Source: Candidatus Xenobia bacterium
GTDB lineage: Bacteria > Vulcanimicrobiota > Xenobia > Xenobiales > QWHO01
DNA: 64,000 nt
Direction: 5' to 3'
Assembly: GCA_045863235.1 (NCBI GenBank)
Contig: BTUM01000003.1
Location: forward strand, 128,001-192,000
In this document: one piece after another, positions 49,910-59,712 of the stretch
Numbering within the stretch: the stretch's first letter is position 1
Layout: every line of letters starts with the position of its first letter
Notes under the pieces: model-generated
The model's database searches: none
What the model saw: the letters and a program-made list of their open reading frames with translations, nothing else
Told to the model about the DNA's origin: nothing
Program-made: the position numbers and the translations under genes

Positions 49910-50258
49910 ATGCCTCCCATCACCTTTCGCAATGTCGCCCGCTACGTTCAGGACGTGGAGGCCAATCTCCCACTCTACCAGGCTCTGGGCTTCGAAGTCG
50001 GGGCGGGACATGGCCATCCTGAAGAATGAAGAGGGCCTCCAGCTGGTGCTGCACTCCTGGACAGACCACCAGGCAGCCAGCCTGGACACCGCGCTGGGCT
50101 TCACCATCACCGGGTCGGTCGAGGAGGCGCGCGCCTATGTCGAGCAAGCCGGCTTCATCTGCCTGCGCGAGCCACAAGCAGACGATGCCGGTTTCTTCTA
50201 CATCTACGGCGACAAAGACAAGAACCCGATCAACCTGGTCGGACGGCCCCGCAAGTAA
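49910..50258 (+). pseudogene. VOC-like protein with a frameshift near 50000
   Basis: ATG 49910 gives MPPITFRNVARYVQDVEANLPLYQALGFEV. At the G run it shifts +1 to GRDMAILKNEEGLQLVLH...DKDKNPINLV. Confidence 0.62.
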
Positions 50259-50308
50259 GATAACATCGGGGTAACCCGGGCGAGGCGTCGAGGCGCTACC
50301 ATCGCGCC

Positions 50309-51205
50309 ATGCAGATAGCCAGCCCGACGCCGCCCTGTCGGCCCTCCTCGCGTCTTGTGACGGCCTCACCCGTCCTGGCTGGCGGCGCTCCTTTACTCGA
50401 CTGGCGACCCCCCAGCCGGCTGGAGCTGAGCCCGACCAGGCCTCCGAGCATGCGCGAGACCCTGGAGCGCATCCTGACCCGACCCGCCGACCCCGCCCAA
50501 CTGGATCTGGTGGCCCGCAGCCTGCAACCTTTCGGGGCCGATGTCATCGAACGGCTGGCCAACCACGGGTTGCGCCTGGAGCTTGGCCAGGATGGTTATC
50601 CCCATTACGATACCAGCGCCAGAACCCTCGTGCTCGACCGCGACACCCTCTCCCGCGAGACCGACCCGCCCCTGCGCAGCTACGCCATCTTGCACGAGTT
50701 TGCCCACGCCCTGGACTTTCTCTGGGAAGCCGAAGGCCCGCCCCTCAGTCAACGCCCCGACCTGGGCATCGATGCCCACCGGCGCCGGATGGGCCAGGCT
50801 TACGACGGCCTGATGCAAGACTACAATCGGCGCAAGCAGCAACTCGAGCGCGAAGGAAAGTGGCGCCCCCGGACACCACCTTTCCCGGTGGCCCGGGTCT
50901 ACTACGAGGACTACATCACCGGAGTCGAACGCGTGGCCGGGAGGCAACTGGCCGAGCGACCGGCCCGGGGCCACCTGGACACGCTGAGCCCGGACAAGCA
51001 TCCCACCGAGTACTTCGCCGATACCCTGTACTGCTATCTCCACCAGGACGCGCTCAAGACCTACCGCTATACTCTTCCTGACGGCCAGACGATCGACCAT
51101 CCCTTCCCGCCCAACCGTGAGCTGCTGCGACGCCGTGACCCCCGCATGCACGACTGCGTGGAACGCTTCTTCCAGGCCAAGCAGTGGAGACCCGTGCAGG
51201 CCTGA
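50309..51205 (+). CDS. Zinc metalloprotease, anthrax lethal factor / MtfA-like gluzincin
   Basis: ILHEFAHALD, EYFAD, LRRRDPRMHD. Leaderless TACCAT-6 nt-ATG. Confidence 0.75.
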   Translation: MQIASPTPPCRPSSRLVTASPVLAGGAPLLDWRPPSRLELSPTRPPSMRETLERILTRPADPAQLDLVARSLQPFGADVIERLANHGLRLELGQDGYPHYDTSARTLVLDRDTLSRETDPPLRSYAILHEFAHALDFLWEAEGPPLSQRPDLGIDAHRRRMGQAYDGLMQDYNRRKQQLEREGKWRPRTPPFPVARVYYEDYITGVERVAGRQLAERPARGHLDTLSPDKHPTEYFADTLYCYLHQDALKTYRYTLPDGQTIDHPFPPNRELLRRRDPRMHDCVERFFQAKQWRPVQA

Positions 51206-51377
51206 TCGGAGGACTCCAGCCTCGGTCGGTCGATCCTCCCACACCTGGTTCTCATTGCCACAGCAATCATCATCAAATCTTCATGATTCTCTCATCGAAT
51301 CAAGGCTATGGGCCCTGGACAATCCGCCCTCCCTCGCTGAGAACCAGAGTAAACCCATTGAGAGAAGGAGCCCACCG

Positions 51378-51629
51378 ATGATCGGAGGCGCAGGCACCGG
51401 AGCCGCCAACGCGGCAGCCCAGCAACAGATGGTCCACGCTGACAAGGACCAGGCCCACACCATTCAAGCCCAGATGCAGGCCGACGCTCAAAAGCAGCAG
51501 GCCGAGCGCTGGAAGATCTTGCGCGAGACCCAGACCAAGATCTTCGAGATCCAGCAAGACGTTACCGTCAATCAGGCCAAGGCCCAGGACAAAGCTTTCA
51601 ACAAGTGGAGCGACTACATCAAGGCCTGA
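51378..51629 (+). CDS. Small Gln/Ala-rich helical protein (83 aa)
   Basis: SD AAGGAG. MIGGAGTGAANAAAQQQ...ERWKILRETQTKIFEIQQDVTVNQAKAQDKAFNKWSDYIKA. Confidence 0.85.
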   Translation: MIGGAGTGAANAAAQQQMVHADKDQAHTIQAQMQADAQKQQAERWKILRETQTKIFEIQQDVTVNQAKAQDKAFNKWSDYIKA

Positions 51630-51933
51630 GCTGCCAGAGGATCACTGTTTCGGCTCCCAGCCGGGCCGCGGTCACATACTCGCAAACCGCCCCTTCCTCA
51701 AACCCGAATCGTCGAGCCAGCTCGCTCACGAACGCACCCCAGCCGTTGACTTTGGACTCCACCTCCAGCAGCGTGCCATGGGGACCGCTCAGCTCGAGCA
51801 CAATCCAGGGCATCGTCCTGGCCTCCACCATTCTGATCTGGATCCGCACCAGTTGACCCAGTGGAACGCTGACTGGCGCCATCGGTGGGGCGGTCAACCG
51901 GGCCTGATCCTGGTGGATCTCGATTCGATCCAC
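51619..51933 (-). CDS. Hypothetical protein (PH-like beta-rich)
   Basis: Starts 1 nt after the gatA stop. Plausible composition. Confidence 0.55.
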   Translation of the reverse strand: MDRIEIHQDQARLTAPPMAPVSVPLGQLVRIQIRMVEARTMPWIVLELSGPHGTLLEVESKVNGWGAFVSELARRFGFEEGAVCEYVTAARLGAETVILWQLRP

Positions 51934-51934
51934 G

Positions 51935-53374
51935 CTAGGAGACCGAGGTCAGTTCCGGTCGCCTCAGATGGAAGTCGGTGGCTTGCTGGAAGGCATGTCC
52001 GGCCGCGAGCAGCCGGCCCTCATCGAAGGCCCGACCGATCAGCTGCAGCCCGGTGGGAAGCCCCTCCACGGGAGAGCTGGGCACCACCAGTCCGGGCAGG
52101 CCCACCAGGTTGAGGGCCACGGTATAGATGTCCGAGAGGTACATCTCCAACGGGTCGGAGGACTTTTCGCCGATCTTGAAGGCGGTGCTCGGGGTGGTGG
52201 GCATCACGATCAGGTCAACCTCCTGGAAGGCCTTCTCGAAATCGCGACTCAGCACGGTACGAACCTTCTGAGCCTTGAGATAGTAGGCGTCGTAATAGCC
52301 GGCCGAGAGCACGTAGGTACCCACCATGATGCGCCGCTTCACTTCGGCCCCGAAGCCACGCGAGCGGCTGCGCTTGAACATGGTCAGCACGTCGCCGGCC
52401 TCGGGTGCCCGGAAGCCGTAGCGAGTGCCGTCATAGCGCGCCAGATTGCTGGAGGCCTCGGCGGGCGCCACAATGTAGTAGGCCGGCAGGGCCGCGCCCA
52501 GGTTGGGCAGGTCCACGGTCACCAGGCTGGCCCCCAATCCCACCAGCACCTGGCAGGCCTCCTCGAAGACCCTGGCCATGGGAGCAGCCAGGTCGGCCAG
52601 GAAGCCGCGCGGGACGCCGAGCTTGAGCCCCCTCACCCCCGACTCGAGCAGCGAGGTGTAAGCTGCCACCGGCTCCACCGAGGAGGTGGTATCCAGCGGG
52701 TCGGGGCCGGCCAGCACCTCCAGCGCCAGCGCACAATCGCGAGCGCTTCGAGCCATGGGGCCGATCTGATCGAGCGAAGAGGCGAAGGCCACCAGACCGT
52801 AGCGGGAGATCCGCCCGTAGGTCGGCTTCAGCCCGGTCACACCGCAGAAGGCGGCCGGCTGGCGGATGGAGCCCCCGGTGTCCGAGCCCAGTGCCAGAGG
52901 AGCCATTCCAGCCGCAACCGCAGCCGCTGATCCCCCGCTCGAGCCCCCCGGAACGCGCGAGACATCCCAGGGGTTGCGGGTGACCTGATAAGCCGAATTC
53001 TCAGTCGAGGAGCCCATGGCGAACTCGTCCAGGTTGGTCTTGCCCAGCACCACCGCCCCGGCCGACTGCAGGCGAGCCACTGCGGTGGCCTCATAGGGAG
53101 GCACGAAGTTCTCCAGAATGCGCGAGCCACAGGTGGTGGGCTGACCCCGGGTGCACATGTTGTCCTTGACGGCCACCGGTAGACCGGCCAGAGGCCCGCT
53201 CCGATGGCCTGCGTCGACAGCCCGCGCCTGCTCGCGGGCCGAGTCGGCAAAAACGTGCAAGAAGGCGCCCAGCTCACCATCCAGCGCAGCGATTCGTGCC
53301 AGGGCTGCTTCGGTCGCCTCCAGCGCGCTCAGCTCGCGCGCGGCGATGCGGGCCAACAGCTCGGAGGCGGTCAA
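51935..53374 (-). CDS. gatA: Asp/Glu-tRNA amidotransferase subunit A
   Basis: [43 protein letters not shown]. Confidence 0.98.
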   Translation of the reverse strand: MTASELLARIAARELSALEATEAALARIAALDGELGAFLHVFADSAREQARAVDAGHRSGPLAGLPVAVKDNMCTRGQPTTCGSRILENFVPPYEATAVARLQSAGAVVLGKTNLDEFAMGSSTENSAYQVTRNPWDVSRVPGGSSGGSAAAVAAGMAPLALGSDTGGSIRQPAAFCGVTGLKPTYGRISRYGLVAFASSLDQIGPMARSARDCALALEVLAGPDPLDTTSSVEPVAAYTSLLESGVRGLKLGVPRGFLADLAAPMARVFEEACQVLVGLGASLVTVDLPNLGAALPAYYIVAPAEASSNLARYDGTRYGFRAPEAGDVLTMFKRSRSRGFGAEVKRRIMVGTYVLSAGYYDAYYLKAQKVRTVLSRDFEKAFQEVDLIVMPTTPSTAFKIGEKSSDPLEMYLSDIYTVALNLVGLPGLVVPSSPVEGLPTGLQLIGRAFDEGRLLAAGHAFQQATDFHLRRPELTSVS

Positions 53375-53667
53375 CTCTCCTCCAGAATGCGAGGAATGCG
53401 AAACTGTCCCGCTTCCTGGTCGGGCGCGTTCCTCAGCACCAGGTCGGGTCCCAGGGCCGGGCGAGAGACATCCTCACGCAGCACGTCGTGGCGGGCGAAG
53501 ACTGCCAGCAGTGGCTCCACGCCTTCGGTATCCACCGTCGAGAGCTGCTCGACGTAGGTTAGAATCTCCCCCAGCTGGCGTCCGAAAGACTCGCGCTCAG
53601 CAACCGTGATCTCCAGGCGAGCCAGGTGAGCGACGTGGTCGACCTCCGGGCCGGTCAGCTCTCTCAC
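53371..53667 (-). CDS. gatC: Asp/Glu-tRNA amidotransferase subunit C
   Basis: [25 protein letters not shown]...FRIPRI. GTGA overlap at the start. Confidence 0.95.
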   Translation of the reverse strand: MRELTGPEVDHVAHLARLEITVAERESFGRQLGEILTYVEQLSTVDTEGVEPLLAVFARHDVLREDVSRPALGPDLVLRNAPDQEAGQFRIPRILEES

Positions 53668-54344
53668 GAATACTCGCCCCACTCCTCGGCCCAGGTCTCA
53701 CGATCGAGCTTGAGCTGGTCGTGGGTGGCCAGATGCTCGAGCTTCTGACGGCTCTGCTGCAGCTCGAGCTCATAATCGTAGACGGCCGGGAACTTCTTCA
53801 CCCCGTCTCGCCGACGGGTGAAGAAGGCCACCAGGGCGTCGTCAAAGCGAGCATTCACAGCGTGGCGGGCCAGTCGGGTAGCCAGACGGAAGAAGTTCTG
53901 GAACGACACGTAGGACATGTCGGCACCCAGGAAGGACTTGTAGTTCACCGTGGCCGAGTCCATCCGGAAAGGCTGGTCGTGGTTCTTGATGTAAACGTCC
54001 AGCAGGTAGATCTCTCGAACCTGGCGAGTCTTGCGCTCCTCATTCTCGGTTGCTTTGCCGGTTAGCTTGCCAAACATCTGACGCATGGCCCCTTTGGGCC
54101 CGCTGACATCGGTGGCCGCCTCCTCGATCAAGCCCAACGCCATCAGCTCGATCTGCTCCCAGGGAAACTCGATCAACTCCTGGTCGGCCAGAAAAAACTG
54201 CAGGGTCTGGTCGGTCACTTTGCCCACCTTGACCCGCTTGGGCAGCGGCGTGGAGCGCCCGTGCACGGGATGGCGTTGCTCGTGCACCTCGTGCTCGATG
54301 ATGTCGGGCTCGAGCCCGCGCACTTCGTCAGCTTGTGGATCCAA
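53664..54344 (-). CDS. Hypothetical protein
   Basis: SD GGGAGG before the TTG start. Coupled to gatC. Confidence 0.75.
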   Translation of the reverse strand: MDPQADEVRGLEPDIIEHEVHEQRHPVHGRSTPLPKRVKVGKVTDQTLQFFLADQELIEFPWEQIELMALGLIEEAATDVSGPKGAMRQMFGKLTGKATENEERKTRQVREIYLLDVYIKNHDQPFRMDSATVNYKSFLGADMSYVSFQNFFRLATRLARHAVNARFDDALVAFFTRRRDGVKKFPAVYDYELELQQSRQKLEHLATHDQLKLDRETWAEEWGEYS

Positions 54345-54356
54345 AGCGAGCCTCCC

Positions 54357-55490
54357 TTAAGACCCTTCGTAGCGAGAGTCTCCCGAGCCGGTAATGGTGG
54401 TGGGAAGCTGCTTGAGCTTCAAACGCATGTCGTTGGCATTATCGGAGTAGCGCATGGCATCTTCGGCGCTGATCCGTCCCGCTTTAAAAAGCTCGAGCAA
54501 GGACAGGTCGAAGCTCTGCATCCCCTCGGGATGGAATGCGTCCAGCTCGCGCTTCATCTGACGCAACTGACCGTCGCGCAAGAGCTCGGCCATACGGGCG
54601 TTACCGACCATGATCTCCACCGCCGGCACGCGGTGGCCGTCCAGGGCCGGCACCAGTCGCTGGGCGATGATGCCTCGGATGTTCAAAGAAAGCTGCTGCA
54701 AAATGGGAGCCTGCATCTCTTCGGGGAAGAACTGCAACACGCGCTCCACCGTCTGGCTGGCGTTGTTGGCGTGCAGGGTGGAGAGCACGAGGTGACCGGT
54801 CTCGGCGAAGTAAACGGCCGACTTCACCGATTCGGGGTCGCGCATCTCACCCACGAGCAACACGTCGGGAGCCTGTCGCAGGGCGCTCTCCAGTGCGTGG
54901 GTGAAGGAAACCGTGTCGGTACCGACCTCGCGCTGGCTGACGATGCAGGCCTCTTCATCGTGGTGAACGTACTCGACCGGGTCCTCAATGGTGACGATGT
55001 GGCCGGGAGCATGCTCCTTGCGGTATTTGATCATCGAGGCCAGGGTGGTGGACTTTCCCGAGCCCGTGGGGCCGGTCACCAGCACCAGACCGCGCTTTTG
55101 CATGGCCAGGTTCTTGAGCACCTCGGGCAGCCCCAGGTCCTCGAAGCTCAGAATGTTCTCCTGCACGCGCCGCAGCACCATGGCTACCGTGCCCTGCTGG
55201 CGATAGGCGTTGACGCGGAAACGTCCCACCTTCTCGAGGAAGTAGACGAAGTTGGCGTCGTTACCCTCGATCTCGAACTTCTCTTTCTGGTGCTGGGGCA
55301 TGATCGTCAGAGCCATATGCTCGGTCATCATCGGCGTCAGCGGCTCGGTTTCAATCGGCACCACCACGCCCTCGATGCGCAGCATCGGTGTCTTGCCCGC
55401 TTTGATGTAGACGTCGGAGGCTTGCTCGCGCTCGGAAACCGTCAATACCTGGTCTAGAAGTCCGTGCAGACTCTCAATCTCGAGGTTCAT
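54357..55490 (-). CDS. PilT/PilU family type IV pilus retraction ATPase
   Basis: GPTGSGKST, TIEDPVE, QREVG, LRQAPD, TGHLVLSTLH. The AIRNLIRE motif is replaced by RMAELLRD, which is PilU-like. Confidence 0.93.
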   Translation of the reverse strand: MNLEIESLHGLLDQVLTVSEREQASDVYIKAGKTPMLRIEGVVVPIETEPLTPMMTEHMALTIMPQHQKEKFEIEGNDANFVYFLEKVGRFRVNAYRQQGTVAMVLRRVQENILSFEDLGLPEVLKNLAMQKRGLVLVTGPTGSGKSTTLASMIKYRKEHAPGHIVTIEDPVEYVHHDEEACIVSQREVGTDTVSFTHALESALRQAPDVLLVGEMRDPESVKSAVYFAETGHLVLSTLHANNASQTVERVLQFFPEEMQAPILQQLSLNIRGIIAQRLVPALDGHRVPAVEIMVGNARMAELLRDGQLRQMKRELDAFHPEGMQSFDLSLLELFKAGRISAEDAMRYSDNANDMRLKLKQLPTTITGSGDSRYEGS

Positions 55491-55619
55491 GTGTTCCCCT
55501 TCTAATCAGTTGAGCTGAAGGCTCTGCCTCCCCTTCGGGGTGGCGGCACAACCTCCATCACTTCACTTTCTACGCTTGAGCATTCCAGCTGAGTCTCTGC
55601 GTCAGACGCCCCAGGCCGC

Positions 55620-56252
55620 TCAGCGTCCCCTGGATCCTTCCGCCGGGCCAGCCCCGGCATGGAACGGAATTTCCCTACCATTTAGCAAGCGCTGGATATT
55701 CTCCTTGTGCCGGTAGAAGGCAAAAACGGCCGAGGCCACCCCGAAGGCGATATAGACCGGATGGTCCTTGTAGATGAACATGAGCACGGGGGCGGTGGCC
55801 GAGGCTGCCAGCGAGCCGACCGAGCTGTAGTGAGTCAGGGCCACCAGGCCGATCCAGAGGAGCAGCACCAGGACGGCCACCTTGGGTGAGAGGGCCAGCA
55901 ACACCCCGAACCCGGTGGCGATGCCCTTGCCTCCCTTGAACTTGAGGAAAGGCGAGTAATTGTGGCCCACGATGGCGGCAAACCCGTAGATCACCTTGAC
56001 AACCGGCAGGGTAAAGTCGGGAAGCAGCGCAAAATAAGCCAGGAAGACAGCCGCAAGCCCTTTGAGCGCATCCAGCCCCAGTACCGTCAGCCCTCCCTTC
56101 AGACCAAGGGCCCGGTAAGCATTCATCGCCCCGGTATTGCCCGAGCCAACCTTGCGCAGGTCAATCTTCTTCGCGCGGCGCGCGACGATGACCCCCGAGG
56201 GGATGGAGCCGATCAGGTAGCAGACCAGAATCAGAAACAGTGCCCAGAACAA
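55620..56252 (-). CDS. plsY: Glycerol-3-phosphate acyltransferase
   Basis: YLIGSIP, GSGNTGA, DALKG, GHNYS, FKGGKGIAT, HKENIQRL. Confidence 0.96.
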   Translation of the reverse strand: MFWALFLILVCYLIGSIPSGVIVARRAKKIDLRKVGSGNTGAMNAYRALGLKGGLTVLGLDALKGLAAVFLAYFALLPDFTLPVVKVIYGFAAIVGHNYSPFLKFKGGKGIATGFGVLLALSPKVAVLVLLLWIGLVALTHYSSVGSLAASATAPVLMFIYKDHPVYIAFGVASAVFAFYRHKENIQRLLNGREIPFHAGAGPAEGSRGR

Positions 56253-56255
56253 GCC

Positions 56256-57593
56256 TCACCTCGACAGAAAGCGCATCTCGATGGGCGTGCCCACCAGCCC
56301 GAAGGCGTCGCGCAACTGGTTTTCCAGATAGCGACGGTAGGAGAAGTGGACCAGCTTTCCCGAGTTGCACTTGAATGCGAAAACGGGAGGCCGAACTCCT
56401 CTCTGGGAGACGTAGAGAACTTTGAGGGAGCGTCCCTTGTAGCTGGGAGGCGGCCTGAGCGCCATGGCCTCGCGCACCACCCGGTTCAGAGTAGGCGTAT
56501 CCAGCCGGCGGGCCCGCTCGTCGGCCACCTCCATGGCGGCCGGCAGGATGTCGTCGCAATTGAAGCCGGTCAGAGCGGAGACGTAGAGCACAGGGGAGTA
56601 GCTGATGAACTCCAGCTCGCCCACCAGCTTCTCGGAGAAGCGACGCTGCTTCTCGGCGATGGCCCCGGGTTTCATTCCGGCCGTGAGCCGATCCCACTTG
56701 TTGACCACGATCACCGAGCCCACGCCCTCCTTGCGGATGTAGCCGGCTACCCGCTTGTCCTGGGCCACCACCCCCTGCTCGGCATCCACCACCAGCAGGG
56801 CCACGTCCGAGCGCTTGAGGGCTTTGAGGGCGCGCACGGTGCTGAAATACTCCACCTCTTCCTCGACCAGAGCTTTGCGACGGATACCGGCCGTGTCCAC
56901 CAGGCGCAGCTGGCGTCCCTCATACTCGAGCATGGTATCGATGGCGTCTCGGGTCGTGCCGGCCACATCGTGGACCAGGCTGCGATCTTCGCCGATCAGG
57001 CGGTTCAAGAGAGAGGACTTGCCGACATTGGGACGCCCCACCAGCACCAGGCGGGTCTCCTCGGGCTCCTCCTGGGGCTCGAACTCGCCGAGTTGCTCGA
57101 GGATGTGGTCGAGCAGGTCGCCCGAGTGGGTGCCGTGCGAGGCCGAGACCGGCCACGGATCGCCCAGGCCCAGCTCATAGAACTGGTAGCTCTCGTCCAC
57201 CACCCTCTGGTTCTCGGCCTTGTTGACCACCAGCACCACCGGCCTCTTGGACCGGCGCAGCAGCTCGGCCACCTCGGTGTCCAGCGGGTGCACCCCGGTC
57301 TGGCCGTCCACCACCAGCAGGATCAGAGCCGCCTCTTCCAACGCCTGGCGGGCCTGATCGAAGACGCGATTGCGCAGCTCGTCGGTGTCGAAGGGGTCGA
57401 TGCCGCCTGTGTCCACAAGGGTGAAGGTCTTGCCGTTCCAGACACAGGGTACGTAGAGACGATCGCGGGTGACCCCGGGCTCGTCGGCCACGATGGCGGC
57501 GCGTCGAGCGGCCAGGCGGTTGAACAGCGAGGACTTGCCGACGTTGGGGCGGCCCACGATGGCCACCACCGGACCGACTACGGGGTTCGACAT
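56256..57593 (-). CDS. der: Ribosome biogenesis GTPase Der (EngA)
   Basis: Two GRPNVGKS P-loops, GVTRD and GTTRD, DTGG and DTAG, YRRYLEN. Confidence 0.98.
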   Translation of the reverse strand: MSNPVVGPVVAIVGRPNVGKSSLFNRLAARRAAIVADEPGVTRDRLYVPCVWNGKTFTLVDTGGIDPFDTDELRNRVFDQARQALEEAALILLVVDGQTGVHPLDTEVAELLRRSKRPVVLVVNKAENQRVVDESYQFYELGLGDPWPVSASHGTHSGDLLDHILEQLGEFEPQEEPEETRLVLVGRPNVGKSSLLNRLIGEDRSLVHDVAGTTRDAIDTMLEYEGRQLRLVDTAGIRRKALVEEEVEYFSTVRALKALKRSDVALLVVDAEQGVVAQDKRVAGYIRKEGVGSVIVVNKWDRLTAGMKPGAIAEKQRRFSEKLVGELEFISYSPVLYVSALTGFNCDDILPAAMEVADERARRLDTPTLNRVVREAMALRPPPSYKGRSLKVLYVSQRGVRPPVFAFKCNSGKLVHFSYRRYLENQLRDAFGLVGTPIEMRFLSR

Positions 57594-59035
57594 GAAGAAC
57601 GGGCCGCGTGGACCGGAAAATCGATGATCTCGATGGGCATGGGAGGCTCCTGCGGGCGCAACTCGTGCCACGAGACGCGCCCGAACAAGTTGTCGAGCCA
57701 TTCGGGACAGTAGGATCCACCCACCACGAAGGGCACCCGAAAGTGATCCGCCAGGGCCTGCATGGGAACGTCGTCCAGAAAGAGCTCGCTGGCCTCCTTG
57801 CGACCCGGGTTGAAGACGGCCGCATCCTTGAGGGCGGCCCCCGGCACCATGACGCGGGTGCCGGGCCGGGACAAGAAGGCGCGCTCAGCTTCAAGCGTGG
57901 CCAGGATATCCCTGCCGGCCAGCAGGCCGGCGCACTTGACGCTGCGACCGAAGAACTCGTTGGGAACGCCCACCAGCTTGACAGTCAGGTTGTCCACCCG
58001 GCGGTGCAGCTCCTCGATCAGGGGAGGAAAGATCTTCAGGCCGTACTCACCGGTGATCATTAGCCAGCTGAGGGGTTGCTCGAGGCGACGAAAGAAACGC
58101 TTGCGACGGTTGAAGTCGAGCAGAAAGCGACGCACCAGGCCAACCCCGTTCTCGATCTGGGGATAGTCGAGGTAGTGCGAGTGAGGCGGCTGGGGAAGAT
58201 CGGCGATCAGGTACATTTCATCGGCCAGGAAGGCCACCGGATGACCGAAGCGCTCGCGGTTGCGCTGCTGGTGCCGGCCGACCTGCTCGATCAGGTGAGG
58301 GACCATCTCGGGGGTCACCAACCGCAGATGAGGCAGGTGGTCGCGGAAGCGGGTCAGCCCCACCGGCACGACCGAGACGGTTTCGACGCCCGGATACAGG
58401 TCGGCCAGATCCGCCAGGCTCTGGTCGAGCACGGCCCCGTCGTTCAGGCCCGGACAGAGCACGATCTGGGTGTGCACGGTGATGCCCCGATCGATCAGGC
58501 GGCGCAGCGCCCCCAGGATGTCCATGTGGGAGCGCGTGGTACGACCGAGCATCATGTCGCGCACTTCCGGGTCGGTGGCGTGGACGCTGACGTAAAGAGG
58601 GCTCACGCGCTGGCGCTCGATGCGCTCCCACTCCTGATCGCTGAGATTGGTCAGAGTGATGAAGTTGCCGTGCAGGGCCGAGAGGCGGAAGTCGTCGTCG
58701 CGGTAATAGAGCGACGGCCGCATGAACTTGGGCATCTGGTCCATGAAGCAGAAGACGCACTTGTTGCGACAGGTCTTGACCCGGTCGAACAGGGTGTCGC
58801 TGAAGTCCAGCCCCAGCGGCTCTTCCTCGGACTTGTCCAGCACCGACTCGAAGATCTGCTCGCCCCGCTTGATCTTGAGAGAGATCTTGCCCCAGGCGGC
58901 CTGGTCGAGCACGTCCATCAGGTCGGCCGGCCTGCGTCCGTTGACGGTCAGGAGCTCATCGCCGGGCAAAAGGCCAGCCGCCGCGGCCGGGCCATCGGGA
59001 TCGACGGCGGTGACGATGGCGCCTTTGGGGCCCAT
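57578..59035 (-). CDS. PDZ + radical SAM-like DUF512 protein
   Basis: N-terminal PDZ, CRNKCVFC, DDDFRLS, QIENGVG. Confidence 0.92.
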   Translation of the reverse strand: MGPKGAIVTAVDPDGPAAAAGLLPGDELLTVNGRRPADLMDVLDQAAWGKISLKIKRGEQIFESVLDKSEEEPLGLDFSDTLFDRVKTCRNKCVFCFMDQMPKFMRPSLYYRDDDFRLSALHGNFITLTNLSDQEWERIERQRVSPLYVSVHATDPEVRDMMLGRTTRSHMDILGALRRLIDRGITVHTQIVLCPGLNDGAVLDQSLADLADLYPGVETVSVVPVGLTRFRDHLPHLRLVTPEMVPHLIEQVGRHQQRNRERFGHPVAFLADEMYLIADLPQPPHSHYLDYPQIENGVGLVRRFLLDFNRRKRFFRRLEQPLSWLMITGEYGLKIFPPLIEELHRRVDNLTVKLVGVPNEFFGRSVKCAGLLAGRDILATLEAERAFLSRPGTRVMVPGAALKDAAVFNPGRKEASELFLDDVPMQALADHFRVPFVVGGSYCPEWLDNLFGRVSWHELRPQEPPMPIEIIDFPVHAARSSCRTP

Positions 59036-59706
59036 CAGACGCGACTGCTGGCCAGGGCGACGATGCGGTCGGTGACTTCCTGGGGGGTCATGGAGGTCGA
59101 GTCGATGGCCACCGCGTCGGGGGCCTGGCACAGAGGCGAATCCTCGCGCGACGTGTCGATGCGGTCGCGCTCGACCAGGTCGGCCTCCAGCTCACCGAGC
59201 TCGGGGGCCGTCGAGCCCAGCTCCAGATGCCGACGACGCGCCCTCTCTGGCACGGAGGCGGTCAGGTAGATTTTAACCTGGGCCCCGGGCAGCACCACCG
59301 TGCCGATGTCGCGACCGGCCATCACCACCCCGCCCTCGGCGGCCATCTCCTTTTGCATGCGCACCAGCTCTCGACGCACAGCCGGAATCTGGGCCACCAG
59401 GGCCACCTTGCGGCTGACCTCGGGAGTGTGGAGATAGGCGCTCAAATCGTCGCCCCCGCCCAGAAAGAGACGATAGCCCACGGGCGCGGCAGGGTCGGGC
59501 ACGAGCCGCATGCTGAGCCGGCTGGCCAGACCGGCCACGGCGCGCTCATCGAGAAGGTCCAGGCCTTCCTGCAGCGCCTGGTAAGTGACGGCCCGGTACA
59601 TGGCGCCAGTCTCCAGATACACCAGCCCCAGTTCGGCGGCCACCAGACGAGCCACGGTGGTCTTACCGCTGGCAGCTACCCCGTCGATTGCGATGTTGAT
59701 CTTCAC
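59035..59706 (-). CDS. cmk: Cytidylate kinase
   Basis: IAIDGVAASGKTT, TGAMYRA, GRDIGTVV, RDRIDTSR. Confidence 0.97.
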   Translation of the reverse strand: MKINIAIDGVAASGKTTVARLVAAELGLVYLETGAMYRAVTYQALQEGLDLLDERAVAGLASRLSMRLVPDPAAPVGYRLFLGGGDDLSAYLHTPEVSRKVALVAQIPAVRRELVRMQKEMAAEGGVVMAGRDIGTVVLPGAQVKIYLTASVPERARRRHLELGSTAPELGELEADLVERDRIDTSREDSPLCQAPDAVAIDSTSMTPQEVTDRIVALASSRV

Positions 59707-59712
59707 GAGCCC

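Noticed and set aside
51935..53667. gatCA without an adjacent gatB
   Set aside because: Split gat operons are common, and gatB is probably elsewhere in the genome.
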